The notes beneath the pieces are model-generated. The model searched no databases. It saw only the letters and a list, made by a program, of their open reading frames with translations, and was not told the origin of the DNA. A stretch of 64,000 nt of DNA, taken from Cladosporium halotolerans (taxonomy: Eukaryota). The position numbers were made by a program, and so were the translations under genes. Below are positions 45,901 to 58,615 of this stretch, in pieces. The stretch covers positions 1 through 64,000 of the forward strand of contig NW_027191491.1 in the NCBI RefSeq assembly GCF_011745625.1, written 5' to 3'. The first letter of the stretch is position 1; every line of letters starts with the position of its first letter.

Positions 45901-46390
45901 CTACAAGCGCTGGCCAGCACCGCAAGGCTCGCCAGGCCCATCTCCACCGGTGCAATATCGGGCGATCGCAATCCCCAGACCAGCTGCGCGTCTGGCTCTG
46001 TGCGCCGCCAGGCCGCCAACCGACGGGGCCGTTCGTGAAGCCACAGCGGCTGCGGGCACCCACTCGCTGTGATTGAGGAGCTAGCCGGCTAGGCAGCGGC
46101 CCGCGTGGGCGCTCAATCTCCGGCGCGCCGTCGAGTCTCGAGCCCAGGAGAACAAAGTGCGGCTGTCTGCCCTTCTCCTCCAGCCCTCGAGCGCGAGTGT
46201 GCAACGTTACGGGCCCCCAAACCATCACTCCTCCTTCTCCTTGTTCTTCACCTCCTTGCTCCCAGAGCGTCCGTTCTTTCTCCTTGCGTCCCGCTTTTCC
46301 GCTGGTGGCGACGGTCTGGGCTTCACTCTCTTGCCGCAGCCTCGCGTGTCGTTCGTTCACAACAGAGCCGGTGGTTTCAATCCGACACAG

Positions 46391-46601
46391 GTACGTCTTG
46401 GAAAGGTGACGGCGCGCGGAGTCATGCACGCCTCTGGGGCTGTCACAGATCTCGCACGCCTTGTTTGAAGGGGAAACCTGGGGATGCCATTGATGCATAG
46501 AGCGACGTCCTGACAGCGCAGCGCAACAGTACATTCGTTACGCCAACCACACTCTCTGCAACATTCGACTTCTGAAACACACCCTTCCTTTTCACCAGCA
46601 G
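46391..46601 (+). other. Probable 5' UTR intron of the 46704 gene
   Basis: CAG|GTACGT donor; pyrimidine tract and CAGCAG acceptor; the nearby upstream ATGs lie inside it. Confidence 0.45.
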
Positions 46602-46703
46602 GAAACCCGACCAACGTCACCACACTTCAATCCAATCAATTACTGCGTCGCGTAACCGCACAGCCAACTCGATTGCCGACGACACTGCAACCCACTGCCC
46701 ATC

Positions 46704-47249
46704 ATGTCGAGAACTCTCCACCAACTCTTTGCTCGCGACCACGAGGACGCTGAGATTAGCCAAACCATCATCAACCTCCTGATCGCCCTTCTGGTTCTTC
46801 TGGTCCTTTCCATCTGCATGTGCGGCGCACTACTCGTCGTCCGTCATCGCCGTCGCTCGCGCAAACAGCAGCAAGGCCTTCCGCTTTACAATGAGAAGCG
46901 CGACTCTGCCTCTTCCGTCGGCTCTTCCCACCGCCGTGTCTTGACCAGACCCTCCGAATCCATCTACGTGCTTCAAGAGAAGCAGAACCTCATCGACAAC
47001 TCCGAGCAGCCGCGTAACAGCGGCGTTCCCGAAATCCGACTCACCTTCCCCGAGGAATACGACGCTGACGGCAAGCGCACCTCTGGCCGCTGTGTCATCG
47101 TCCGCGTTAGCGAAAGCGGCGTTGGCCTCGAGCCCGTCCAGGACAAGCTCCCCGCCTACAAGCAGACCGAGGGCGAGCGCTTCCAATCGCTTGACCTTGA
47201 CCGCGTCGGCGGCCTCACCGAGAAGGAGGACTCCAAGCAATGGAGCTAA
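46704..47249 (+). CDS. Fungal single-pass membrane hypothetical protein, 181 aa
   Basis: One TM helix followed by the RHRRRSRK stop-transfer stretch; PEIRLTFPEE..GKRTSGRCVIVRV..VGLEP; LPAY; strong C-ending codon bias. Confidence 0.85.
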   Translation: MSRTLHQLFARDHEDAEISQTIINLLIALLVLLVLSICMCGALLVVRHRRRSRKQQQGLPLYNEKRDSASSVGSSHRRVLTRPSESIYVLQEKQNLIDNSEQPRNSGVPEIRLTFPEEYDADGKRTSGRCVIVRVSESGVGLEPVQDKLPAYKQTEGERFQSLDLDRVGGLTEKEDSKQWS

Positions 47250-48308
47250 AACGGCGCGCCAGGCGTCACAATTAACTGGACTTCGCGTGCATCTTTCCGA
47301 CACGAATATCACGAATCCGCTTGCTCTTCTTCCTGGACCTTTTATTTCTTTCGTTTCTCGTAGCATGGGACGGCCAAGTCAGGCGCGCGCTGTCATGACT
47401 AAATCAGCGCTGCAGCTTCACCACGACCCTGCATTCTACTGCATCCGATCCCACATCCGGACGGACGGCGTTTTCTACCCCTTATCTTTTCACGGCATAG
47501 CCAGTGTTGTCGCTGTCGACACGTCGCGCAGCGTGCAGCAAGCGTTACAGCCAACTCCACGACGCCAGCACGGCCCCGTTTCACTTTTAAGGAGAAACTT
47601 CAAACATAATGTGTTTCAGGAGCGAGGTATAGGCCCTCGCCAGACATTTGGTGAGGAGACCTGTTTCCAAGCTCTGCACATAACGGTTTACCACCGCAAT
47701 TATGTCGGAGAAGGAGCACTCGAGCGATGCACTCTGTGAGAGGCCTTGACTTCTTTTGGAAATCCAATTGCTTCCTCGATTTGAGAGCGCTTCAGCGAGA
47801 CTACTTTGTACTTTTCCTTGGCTCAATCTTTCCTTTCTCCGGCGATGAGTGCGCCAAAAGCAGCATGTATACATAGTTAATCGGGATGTACTGGCCTCAG
47901 CAAGGCCTAGCCCGACCAAATCAGAGGGAATTCCAACCCGTTTAATCCACAACTTCACACTTGTGCCATTCAATAATCTACAGTGATATTGCAGTCGTGT
48001 GACGCGCTTCCCCTGCTAACTCCACGTGCTATGCGCGGCGGCAGATAGATATGCTGATCCCCTGCGCAGCGGGAGTCTCCTGGTTCGCAGGGCGGAGAAG
48101 CGCAGCTCACTTCCGCATCGCGCGACGCAGGACCCAGCTGGCGAGCCCTCGAGAAATCCCACGTCCAAAGCCACCCTCACCACGGCTCTGGTGGCACATG
48201 CCGACGCTCCTTGATTTTACCACTTGTTCCCTTTCGCTTGTTATGGTTTAATATTTCCCGTTTCACACTAGTACATTTCTTCCCGGCCACACGCCTCCCC
48301 CTCTCACA

Positions 48309-51300
48309 ATGGCAGACAGCGCGGGTGCGAGAGCCCCGCCGCAGGAGCCGCAAGATCCCAAGGCAGAGAATAAGAGGCTGGCTGTGCAGTTCAAGGCCCA
48401 GCATGCGCTCATGGTCGGCTTCTTCACGTTGATCGCGTGCGTTGTCCTATAGATTGTTCCTGAAGACGCGCCTTCTAATCGATTCATAGCATCTTCCACG
48501 CCCTGGGCATCTACCTCTTCTGCTCTGGCTTTCTGCTCTCCCGTCTTGTCCTCGATCACCGTTCCGAATGCGCCATACCTCCCGTCGAGCTCCAGAATGG
48601 ATTCACTTCCGGAAATACAGAGAAGGGTTGTTGGCACCCTAAGAGCTTCGATAAAGCTGTGGTGGTCATCGTCGACGCGCTGCGATATGATTTCACTGTA
48701 CCTTTCAACGGGAACGAGACGGGCCAAGTGGAGCAGCATTTCCATAATGCATTCCCGGTACTGCATGAGACAAGTGTCAGGGAGCCGCAGAATGCTTTCC
48801 TGAGGCCATTCATCGCAGACCCGCCCACCACGACGCTGCAGAGACTGAAGGGCTTGACCACTGGCACGCTCCCTACGTTCATCGACGCCGGCAGCAACTT
48901 CGCAGGCACTGCGATCGACGAAGACAACTTGGTCGAGCAATTGGTGCACGCGGGCAAGAAGGTCGTGCACCTGGGCGACGACACATGGCACGCCTTGTTC
49001 CCAGGCTACTTTGAGCCGGAGCTCACGAAGCCCTTCGATTCCTTCAACGTTTGGGACCTTCACACTGTCGACAATGGAGTCACTGAGCACCTTTTTCCGC
49101 TCCTTGATAAGAGCATGGCTGGAAAATGGGATGTTATCTTTGGACACTACTTGGGTGTGGACCACGCTGGACACCGTTACGGTCCAGACCACCCGGCTAT
49201 GGCGGACAAGCTGAAGCAAATGGACGACGTCTTCCGTGATATGATTGAGAACATTGACGACGATACGCTGCTTGTGGTCATGGGCGACCACGGCATGGAC
49301 ATCAAGGGAGACCACGGCGGCGAGTCCGACGACGAGATTGAAGCTGCCCTTTGGATGTACTCGAAGAAGGGCCTCTTTGGACGCAGTGACAAGGCATTCA
49401 TCCAGCCCCCGGCGACAGCAAAGGACCGCCCTGTCGGCCAGATCGATCTCGTGCCTACTCTGAGTCTGCTCCTCGGTCTCCCCGTCCCCTTCAACAACCT
49501 CGGACAACCGATCGAGGAGGCCTTCATCGGCAACGACGGGAAGGGCTTCGCGAACCTCGCTGAAGTTGCCCGCTTGACTGCTGCCCAGATCCGCCGTTAC
49601 CAGGGAGAGTACAGCAGCGTTAGGAAGCTTAGCGACCTTGCAACCTCGCCGTTGATTCCGCTCTGGTCGAGCGCTCAAGAGGCGTGGCAGCGTGTCCAGG
49701 AGACCAAGAGGCCTTCCGTCGATCAGTGGAAGTCTGCTTACCATGCATTCACCGCCTACCAGGCTGAAAACCTGCGCATCTGTCGTAGCTTATGGGCCAG
49801 GTTCGACCTTGTCAGCATGACTATGGGCATTACAGTCCTAGTTGGATCTCTCGCTGTCCTTGCCCTGTTCTCTCGCGGCGTCATGAGCGACCGTGGCGCA
49901 CTCACACCTCTCCTACTCGGTTGGGGCCTTGCCGGAACTGTCATTGGAGGCACTGTTGGAACAACCGTTGGAGTCGTGCCCGCTGTCTCTTTCACGCAAG
50001 TCACGGCTTTTGGCGCTGCCCTTGGTGGTGTTCTTGGAATGTCAATGGGCTTCTACCCAGCAAGAGAGGCACTCCGTGTGCCTTACCCACGTACTTTCTG
50101 GGGCGGCCTCAGTGCGCTGACTTGCGTCATGCTCTGCATTGGATTCGCATCGAACTCGTTCACGATCTGGGAGGACGAGCAGCTCCTTTTCTTCCTCACA
50201 TCCTACGGCATGCTCATGCTTGCCGCCTCGCTTGGACTGGAAGACACCGCAGACAGGAACACTGGAGCTTACAACTCTATCTCTTTCATCGTTGCCACGA
50301 GACTTGCGTCGGTTTTCCGTCTGTGCCGTGAAGAGCAGATGCCATTCTGCAGGTCTACTTACTATGCTTCTGCAACTTCCTCTACCTCTGCTACCTGGCA
50401 GTTGGCTATCCCTTTCATCGTCGCACTCACGATCCCAAGTGCCATCACTTACTTCTACCACCGCACCAAGAACTACCAGGCCTCGGCTGTCATCTGGATT
50501 GGTATCGCCCTCCGTGTCGGCCTGGTCTTCGTCGCACTCTATTGGGTCTTGGATGCTGCTGACGATGGTGACTGGTACCCGTCTATCTCGAAGGCACTTC
50601 TGAAGACTACTCGTGTCTCGCTGGCCCAGGTCACTATGGCGCTGTCTTTCGCAGCTGGGTACGCAACCTACATCTGGGCCTCGCCGCTCATTGCGGTTAT
50701 TGAAGAGCCCGCCGCACCTGAAGCTGCACCGCCCAGCCTCGTTGAGTCGCCTGATCCTTCCGGCGGCATTTTCACCTCTTTCGCACCTCCTCCCAAGCCC
50801 CGCTCCAAGTTGATCATCCTGGGCTACGCAAACACCCACGGCACCCGATACTTCCTGCTCCCCGGCGCCTGGCTGCTTGCACTTCTGCTCGTGCAGAAGC
50901 CCGTGGGTCAAGGCACGCTTGCTCTCTGCATGATCTCCATCCTCAACGTCCTCGAAATCATCGACGCCAACAACCTCCGTCGCTCCGCTCTCGGCCCGAC
51001 CGTCCTCGCGCTGCTGGGCAGCTACTATTTCTTCAAGACCGGCCACCAGGCCGTCCTCTCTACGATCCAGTGGGAGACGGCGTTCATCCCACTCAAGACG
51101 ATCCAATATCCTTTCAGCCCCCTCGTCGTCATCCTCAACACCTTCGGCCCCCAGATTCTCTGCGCCATCGCTGTCCCTGCTATTCCCCTGTGGAAGACCA
51201 GGCCCAAGTATCCCGGCTTGCTGGGTAGAGTCGCCGGCGCAGTCGCCACGCACATGCTGTTCTACGCTGCGATTGCCGTCGCTACCGTCGTCGAAGCCGC

Positions 51301-51460
51301 TTGGCTGCGGAGGCACCTGATGCTTTACCGCATCTTTATGCCTCGCATGCTAATGGGAACTACTGTTCTGTTGGTCGTCGAAGTTATCTCTACCTTTGTA
51401 GCGGTCATGGGTGTCAGGTGGAGCGTTACTAGTGTTGCCGACATTTTTGGTTGGGCGTAG
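48309..51460 (+). CDS. GPI13: GPI ethanolamine phosphate transferase 3 (PIG-O), 1032 aa; exons 48309-48436, 48490-51460
   Basis: GIYLFCSGFLLSR, IVDALRYDF, ADPPTTTLQRLKGLTTGTLPTF, LGVDHAGH, MGDHGMD..GDHGG, FFKTGHQ, RRHLMLYRIFMPR; many TM helices. Confidence 0.94.
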
Positions 51461-51606
51461 GTAGCATCTTGTGGATTGTGAGGGGATCCTTTGCTTCTCA
51501 AATCAACCAGCAGCCCTTCCAAGGCGCTTCAGCCATAGAGTATAGAAATGTAATCAAAAGCCAAACCATCCAACCAACCGTCTCCGGCCCTCACCCTTCA
51601 CCTCTC

Positions 51607-52747
51607 TCAAATCTCATCCTCCTCCTCATCGAAATCATCCTCCTCGCCCATATCATACAAAATCCTCCCGCCCTCGCCCCCACCCTTCTGCGCATCAAAA
51701 TACGGCAACACAACCCCTTCCCTCGCCCGCCTCTGCCTCTCTGTAAGCCCCAGCTCAAACGTCCCCGCCTCCGCCTCCGGCCCCTCCTCTGCCCCTCCCA
51801 CCGCCCCACTATCGCCCGCCGGCTTCCAAGCAGGATGGTCCTCGAGCAACACGACCGACTCTTTGGCACCCTTCGGCGCAGCTCCAGCGTACGGAAGGAA
51901 ATACCACTCCCTGACGCCCCGCCCGCTCTTGCGCCTGTGTTCGAGCTCCAGCACCACTCCCTCGGCCCCGTTCGCTCCAAGCCCTTGCAGCACGCCTTCG
52001 GCGCCCGATTGCAGGCCGTGCGTGGGTTCTGCGAGGCTGCGGTCGCGGGCGGCTTTGCGCGCGAGGACGTGTGCGAGGGAGTGGGTTGTTATGAGCGTTG
52101 TGGCGAGGTGGCGGAGGAGGGTGAGGGGGCTGGGCGTGTAGGGGTCCAGGGAGGCGGTGGGGAGCGGCATGTCGGTGTGGTAGAGGGCGAGGAGCGTTGT
52201 GGTGGGGTTCAAGAGGGTGGAAAGGAGGGTTGGGAGGGTGGTGGCGTGGGTTGCGGCGAGGGGGTTGAGGGTGTCGAGGAGGAGGAGGGTTCCTGGGGAG
52301 GTGAAGAGTTAGTGTCGTGTTCTTGAGCTTGGACGTTGTCATTGTCTTTCTTTTTGGTCCTGGGTCTAGGAACTTGAGAGGCATACTTTGGTTGGGAGTC
52401 GGTTTGGTGTGTTCCGCCACTTCGCGCTGCCACGTCTGCAGGGATCGGTTCCAGGCTGGGATGAAGGCGTCTACGTTCTGAGGTCGCTTGAGGGTTTGAA
52501 ACGATAGGAATACGACCTTTACTTTGGCTGCCTATTGATACTCGATTAGTAAATGAGTTTTCGTAGGCTATGGTCGGGGAGTGCGTACATTCGCCCGTTG
52601 TGCATACTCTCTGAGCAGCGGCTGGCCCGACTGTTCCAGGCTGTCAAGAATGAGTGTGAATGGAGATGCAGCATCTCGTTGATTCAAGAGCTTGGATATC
52701 AATAAAATGTTATGCGTCCGTCGGTGTTGGATGGTTGTCGGTGCCAT
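51607..52747 (-). CDS. ELP5: Elongator complex subunit Elp5 (Iki1), 329 aa; exons 52747-52589, 52531-52387, 52292-51607
   Basis: HRRTHNILLISKLLNQRDAASPFTLILDSLEQ, LSFQTLK, TLLLLDTL, LEHRRKSGR, TFELGLTERQRRAREGVVLPYFDAQ, ILYDMGEEDDFDEE; both introns canonical and in frame. Confidence 0.9.
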
Positions 52748-55253
52748 GACTGTTTGAAACAGATGGCGCGCGCCAGGACGAGGTCAGGAAGGGTATCACC
52801 AAATGTGATCGAAAAACAGATTTGTTTCAACGATTTGAAGAAGTACTGTTGTTCTCGTGAAAAAGGGATGGTTGTGGCGTTATTTGTTGTATCGTCGGCT
52901 TCATTGCGAAGATTTCCTCCTCTAAGTCAAATCTCGCCGAAGCCCAGCAACAGCGCAGCGCAACGGAACGCCGCTTCATCAGTGAAGACCAAACCAGCAC
53001 GACCCCCATCATTTAAGGGTACGCTTGTCTACCGTAATGGCTTAGCTGGTGAAAGGACTGCCGAAATTGTTTACCTCAACTTTTGTATCGATGCCTCCCT
53101 GATGATCCCTTGCGTCGCTCCGTACCGCCCTTTGCGCCATCGTCCGCAGTGAAACAGACGGCCCCATCGCGGCACACCGTCGAACTCGTCGACTACCCTT
53201 TGTTCAAGCATTACTCGCTTCACCTTTCGACATCTTATTGTCCTTGCCCTCCACTTGACCACCCTGCTACCCTGCATCTTATCCTCGATGGCGCAACACA
53301 TCGTGATTCCCAGCCGGTTGACTTTTGGGGTTGGAATGAAGAAGAGAAGAGACATACTCGCGAATTTGAAGGATAAAGTGTTGCTGGCATTTGTCAGGGT
53401 AGGATCTGCTATGGTAATGCTTGATAGTTGGGCCTATGCGTGACGGGCGGACGCATTCTGGCGTACCCGCAGGCCTGTCCGTTGAGTTCTGCGCTCCGCC
53501 GAGTGAAAACAGCCTTTCATGGAGGTATTTGGCATGATCATCTGCGATCGAGCTTATGGATTCGAGGGCGATGTTTTGGATTTTGTCACGACCAGTAAAA
53601 GGACCGAAGTTGTGTTTCTACATACAAATGGTTGGCAGTGGGAAGAGGAAGAAGTGCCAGCTTGGCAGACTGTGATTGACAGTGCCCTGAGTTCACTTCG
53701 TTGAAATGTGTAGTAGTGCATGCATTCGCTTGATTTGATGGTCGTGGGAGGAGGACCACACTCTCTAAACTACTACAGAAGGTTGGCACTCTGAAGGCCT
53801 TTGGGCCGGATTCATCTTGGTACCACACATGGAGCATGAAGCCCATTTAAGTGCGATTATGGCACTCAACACGATGATGACATTTGGTATTCGCAACCGA
53901 ATCTTGGGAGCATTTGAAAAGCACACAAGGGTGTTTGTGCGTACCGTGAGCCACAAGAGCGCGTCTTCCTCTCGAGTATTACCCCGTGCCCACTGGTAAA
54001 CAGCAGTAGAGTGACAGCGCAGCTCTGATGAATTGTTCTCCTTCCATCATAGTTTCAATCTCTTCGAGCGCGTTTGGATGTAATCTGGGATACGCTCGCA
54101 CGGGCTGTCGTGTGCATTCCTCCCATGGTCTCCCCTCGTACCTGATGTGTGACCTTCAATCTTTCAACAAAATAACGGTACTTGAAGGGGTCTACGGTTA
54201 GTCGATGTATGTTCAGTCGAAGGTGATTGTCTGAATGATTTCTATGATTCGGCGGCGGATGTCATAGAGATGCTGTCTTGTAACGGTTTTTGGCGATCCT
54301 GAACGGGGTTGCCGCGTTCCAGCCAATATTGTACACGCTCCCAGCTTGCTCTTGAGTCTGTAGCAGGAAATGTCATTGCTGATGCGATGTTTGTCGAGAG
54401 GCCGCCGATTAGTGGTAATCGCGTGGATTGAGGGATCATTCTCTCGAAGACCTTCGACATCCGAGTGGCCTTGAGGGGAACTGACGATTACTGGAGACAG
54501 AGCGGCCGACTTACCCACGCTGCACATCAATTACGGTCACTGTTAGATGATCTTACCGTTCGAAATCTTTGCGAGTGAGTTCACGCACGAGTTTCGCAGA
54601 TTGTTCTTCACTGCCCCCCTTGGAATGCGCGACGGCGGTTACGGGTTTCACACATGAATAGGCTTTACCTCGATGGAAGTTCAGGTCATCGTAGAATGGT
54701 TACCTTCTTTCAATCATGATGCAATCTCGTTCAGGCCGTTGCGCGTTGTCATGCGCATGTACTATTACACGTGTAGCGCTGTATACTTCCTGGATGGTGT
54801 CGTGTTGTGACGGATCGGTAGAGTAATCGAGTTGACACGTCGATACTCATGTCTACGCGTTTCATTAGGGAGCCCGGCACTTGGTAATAAGGATAGTCAC
54901 ATTACTATAGTTATAACATATGTGTCAGTCGGAAGAGAGGCAAGTGGGAGTAGTAGTTGGCTCAATTGTGCTTCACTGCCCTCGGCGTTCAAAGCCCCCG
55001 AGGCCGGGCTCAGCCCTACAGTTGTACATCCTGCACCCACCAATCAGCGACCATGCCACCTTTCAAAGCTAGTGACAACGGCGGTGGCCCTTCCCCCATC
55101 ATCACTGCTGAGCTGCCTGGGCCGCATTTGTTGCCAAAGGCCGCCTGTCAACTACGCGCCCGCAACGTCGTCCAGCAGTCGTCGCATCTGCGTTGGCTTG
55201 CCACTCTCGCGACTCTCCGCGACACTGCCCACGGCTACACGCAGCCCTCCACC

Positions 55254-56042
55254 ATGATCTACACCACCCAAATCGCCCGCCTTGATGGTAAGAAGCACCG
55301 TGGAGCTCACACCAGCCCTGGAGGCGTACTGACATACCCAGGGCTCGTCCTCGTCGCGTCCACGGACGACAGCAACGTCTCACAGCTGAGCGAGTTCAAG
55401 CAACAGATCCGCCAGATCATCAAGCGACTGGGGCCATCGGCAGAGCCGCGTGCCAGCATTGAGGGCGATGCGTACACAATGCAGTAAGTCATGGACAATG
55501 CCTGGACGATGCAACTTGCCGGGCGCATGCACGCTACAGCGATTTGGACGTGACTGACGTCCCTGCGTAGCTACGTGATGGACGACAGCCTCGTGTTTGT
55601 CTGCATCACCGAGGGAAGCTACCCCAAGAAGCTGGCCTTCACCTACCTCGAAGACGTGAGCAAAGAGTTCCAGGGCTCGTACAAGCGCGAAGAGTACCTT
55701 GACCCCAGTGTGCGCCCCTACGCCTACGCCGAGTTCGAACGCTTCCTTGAGCGCACCAAGAAGCTCTACCAGGACAGCCGCGCGCAGGATAACCTCCACC
55801 GCCTCAACGATGAGCTGAAGGATGTGCACAAGGCCATGACGAAGAACATCAACGACCTGCTGTACCGCGGCGACAGTCTTGACAAGATGGGTGATATGAG
55901 CAGCCGTCTACGCGAGGACTCCGCCAAATACAAGCGCGCCGCGGTCCGCATCAACTGGGAGCTGCTGCTGAAGCAGTATGGCCCAGTCGCCGGCATCGTC
56001 ACGATCATCGTGCTGTTCCTCTTCTGGAGATTCTTCTGGTAG
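55254..56042 (+). CDS. SEC22: ER-Golgi R-SNARE Sec22, 215 aa; exons 55254-55287, 55342-55483, 55571-56042
   Basis: Longin domain (MIYTTQIARLDGLVLVASTDD, SYPKKLAFTYL, RPYAY), SNARE motif MTKNINDLLYRGDSL, C-terminal TM helix. Confidence 0.95.
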
Positions 56043-56669
56043 TGGCTCACGTGCACGAAGAGCCAGATTAGTGCGTTGAACAGTCTTGATGTATTGAACG
56101 AGCTTGGTTTGCATAGCGACGGCATAGTGCAGGCGTACATGGCGCTTATGGCAGGAGGCAGGAGGCCACCGTTTGAATGATACCCAGAGGAGCGACAGGA
56201 TAGCTCCATAGCATTGAGCTTGCAATGAAACACACATTTACCCTGACCCCCTCCGGGGAATCTCAACAGTGCATCGTGCATTCGTTGACTGGACAATGTC
56301 GAATGCCTTTGGTAGTCGACCAGAAAGATAGCTCAAAGCACCCATACTTCACCGAAATTGTCGATGCAGGCCCTCTCGATTGCGGCCCTGAGTTGCTTCG
56401 TAGCATAGCACCACCTTGGCCTGAAGCAAAGCCCACAGTCCACACCGCTCTTGGAAACTGGCACTACCGGGATCCCAACATGGACTATTAGTCCAGATGT
56501 GTGCCATTCTAGACCGAAGCCTTGAACTGCTTGACGCTCAGCTGGCATGTACATGCAATCCACATGTCGATCCTGGATGTTGTCGAATGTTCAAGCTTAC
56601 TGGCCTGTCTCTACGTGAAGCATAGGCCTGCGATCGGAATTCCCAGCGCATGTTGCTGTGTCGCCAACG

Positions 56670-56990
56670 AGGGCACCAAGTGCAAGAATTCCAGCCGCAG
56701 AAGGCTGGACGAAATTCACTATGTCGGCCTCTGTACATGCCAGGAGGTCTTGGAGCTATCATCCTACCAGTAGCAAGCAGTACGAGCAAATGCTACAGGC
56801 AATTGGTCGGCCACGTGGTCATCAAGTGCACACCAGCACCAAGAACCTCAGCCACAGATGTTGAGTGTGGCTGGACGGAAATCACTCGTTCCGGTCTCTA
56901 TACATGCGAGGAAGTCCTGGTGCTCTCCTACCTACAGCAAGTAATGCGAGCGTATGTTCCAGGAGCCGATTGTGCCACGCGGTCATCGAC
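56670..56990 (+). repeat. Degenerate tandem duplication, period about 166 bp, inside a fragmented ORF region
   Basis: GGCTGGACG-AAATTCACT..GGCCTCTGTACATGCCAGGAGGTCTTGG (56703) vs GGCTGGACGGAAATCACT..GGTCTCTATACATGCGAGGAAGTCCTGG (56869). Confidence 0.6.
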
Positions 56991-58373
56991 TGCAATCGCC
57001 ATCCCGATCGCCACGGGCTACATTGACCGGGCGAAAATATCCAGATGCACGAAGAAACGGCCGGATGTTATCAGGAATCCACGAGATCTCAGCGCGGGAC
57101 ACGCCATGCAGCTACGGCTCACGCGACAGACATCCCAGTCTGCCGCGTGAGGATCAATAGCTCGGCCTTCGCTGAACAGTGAGCCAGAATTTCTCGCACT
57201 CGCTACCAGCATGCTCGTCAAGGTCGATTCTGCTGCCTCGAGATCGGAATTTCTCCGGCCAAACTCTCTTCTAAGCCAATGCGTTGCATAACCAAAGCCA
57301 TGATATTGAGAGAGAACATGGACCCGTTCATCAGTGCTGGTTAGAGAGGTGCAGCGAACTCTACGTGTGGCAACGCTGGAGACCAAGCATGTATCCGAAC
57401 AGCCCACGATATCCATGACGGGACGGCACAGACGATTATACGATACTCATCAAGGCACTGCTCATGTCAGAAAACACTGCTTTGGTCGCAATCTCAAGCT
57501 GTCTACTCTATGCTAGCGGCTTGTCTCTGCCGCAGGCCCAGCCCTCTCCGCAATGCTCTTCCCTTGGTATCGCTGTGATCTTGTAGAGCGGCCCAGCTTC
57601 CGAAGAGATACTTCGCTGTTGTGATCGCCGGGTTGGCTGGCGGAGCTGGAAGATCACGCTTTCGGGTGAGCGCTTCTCAATGCGGCTGAGCGTTTGTGTC
57701 AGTAGCGTGGACGACCTGACCATGGGTCACTGCGCGTATGGCAGAGCGCAGCGCAGCCAGTCTGTTGCGAGGAAAGCTATGCCTGTTGGCTGTCAGCAGC
57801 CGTAACGGGTATCCGCATACCTGTTCTCCGCCTCGCGGCTGCAAGCAGAAGCATTCTTGGCAGTCATGTCGCGGCCCTAGTGGCTGATGCGGCGAGCAGT
57901 CGTTGGTTTCGAGATTGGCTCAATGCCGCGAGCCTTCTCCAAAAGGTGCGAGCTGGTAAAGGTCGAGGTCTGCATCGGCGCCTTGCAAGTGGTGGTGGCG
58001 CGGCGGTCGCAAGCTTGCGGCGTCTCGAAACGCCTCCGGCAGTAGGGCACGCGTCTGCCCTGCCACCCTGGCTGTGTCGCAACGAGTATCTGCAACGTGC
58101 AGAGAAGTGCTCTGAGCATCTTTGGCGGTTGAGAATGTCGTATCCCAGTTGTGGTCTTTGTGGTGCAGGTTGAGGATGTTTGCCAGCGTCTCCTGTCGGT
58201 GGGCTGGCCAAAGCCCTCACAAACAGCCGTGCCAAGACTTCCGCTCCGCTCAACCCATTACCCTCCCAGGGCAACAACACCACCACAACACAGTCTAATG
58301 CACAATGAAACACACGGAGCTGCATGCCCTGAGTGTTCTCTACCTCCGCATACTAATATTGTACCATGCCGTC

Positions 58374-58615
58374 GCCGCTGTGGCGAGAGAGAGACTTCGC
58401 GCAGGCGATACTTTATAATCGTGAGTTTTCCCTTACCCTACGTAGATAGCTTAGATAGGTAGATAGCGCAGTGGTTTATGAGTGTGTAATTAGAACAGAA
58501 GCTAATGACTTACAGGGAGATACCAGGGTTGGCACCACGACACGGAGAACGGGGTTCGACTCCCCGAACAGCGCCTCGAGCGGCTGTCTTTTTTGCGATT
58601 TTTTTGCCCTTTTTT
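58374..58615 (+). ncRNA. tRNA-like / Pol III-type element (T-arm with B box and oligo-T terminators); not a canonical tRNA
   Basis: Perfect T-arm CGGGG-TTCGACT-CCCCG (58550-58566); T6, T7 and T6 runs at 58589-58615; weak A-box/D-arm TG-GCGA..TCGC at 58381-58400. I could not build a valid anticodon arm. Confidence 0.45.

Noticed and set aside
45404..46534. 376-aa minus-strand ORF
   Set aside because: Arg/Gly/Pro/Ser-rich GC artefact lying antisense to the promoter and leader of the 46704 gene; no domain.
48263..49744. 493-aa minus-strand ORF (and the 424-aa ORF at 50042-51316)
   Set aside because: Antisense shadows of GPI13 caused by its codon bias; no motifs of their own.
58509..58525. Resemblance to the 5' region of U1 snRNA (CTTACAGGGAGATACCA)
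   Set aside because: Lacks ATACTTACCTG, the stem-loop I/II loop motifs and an Sm site.
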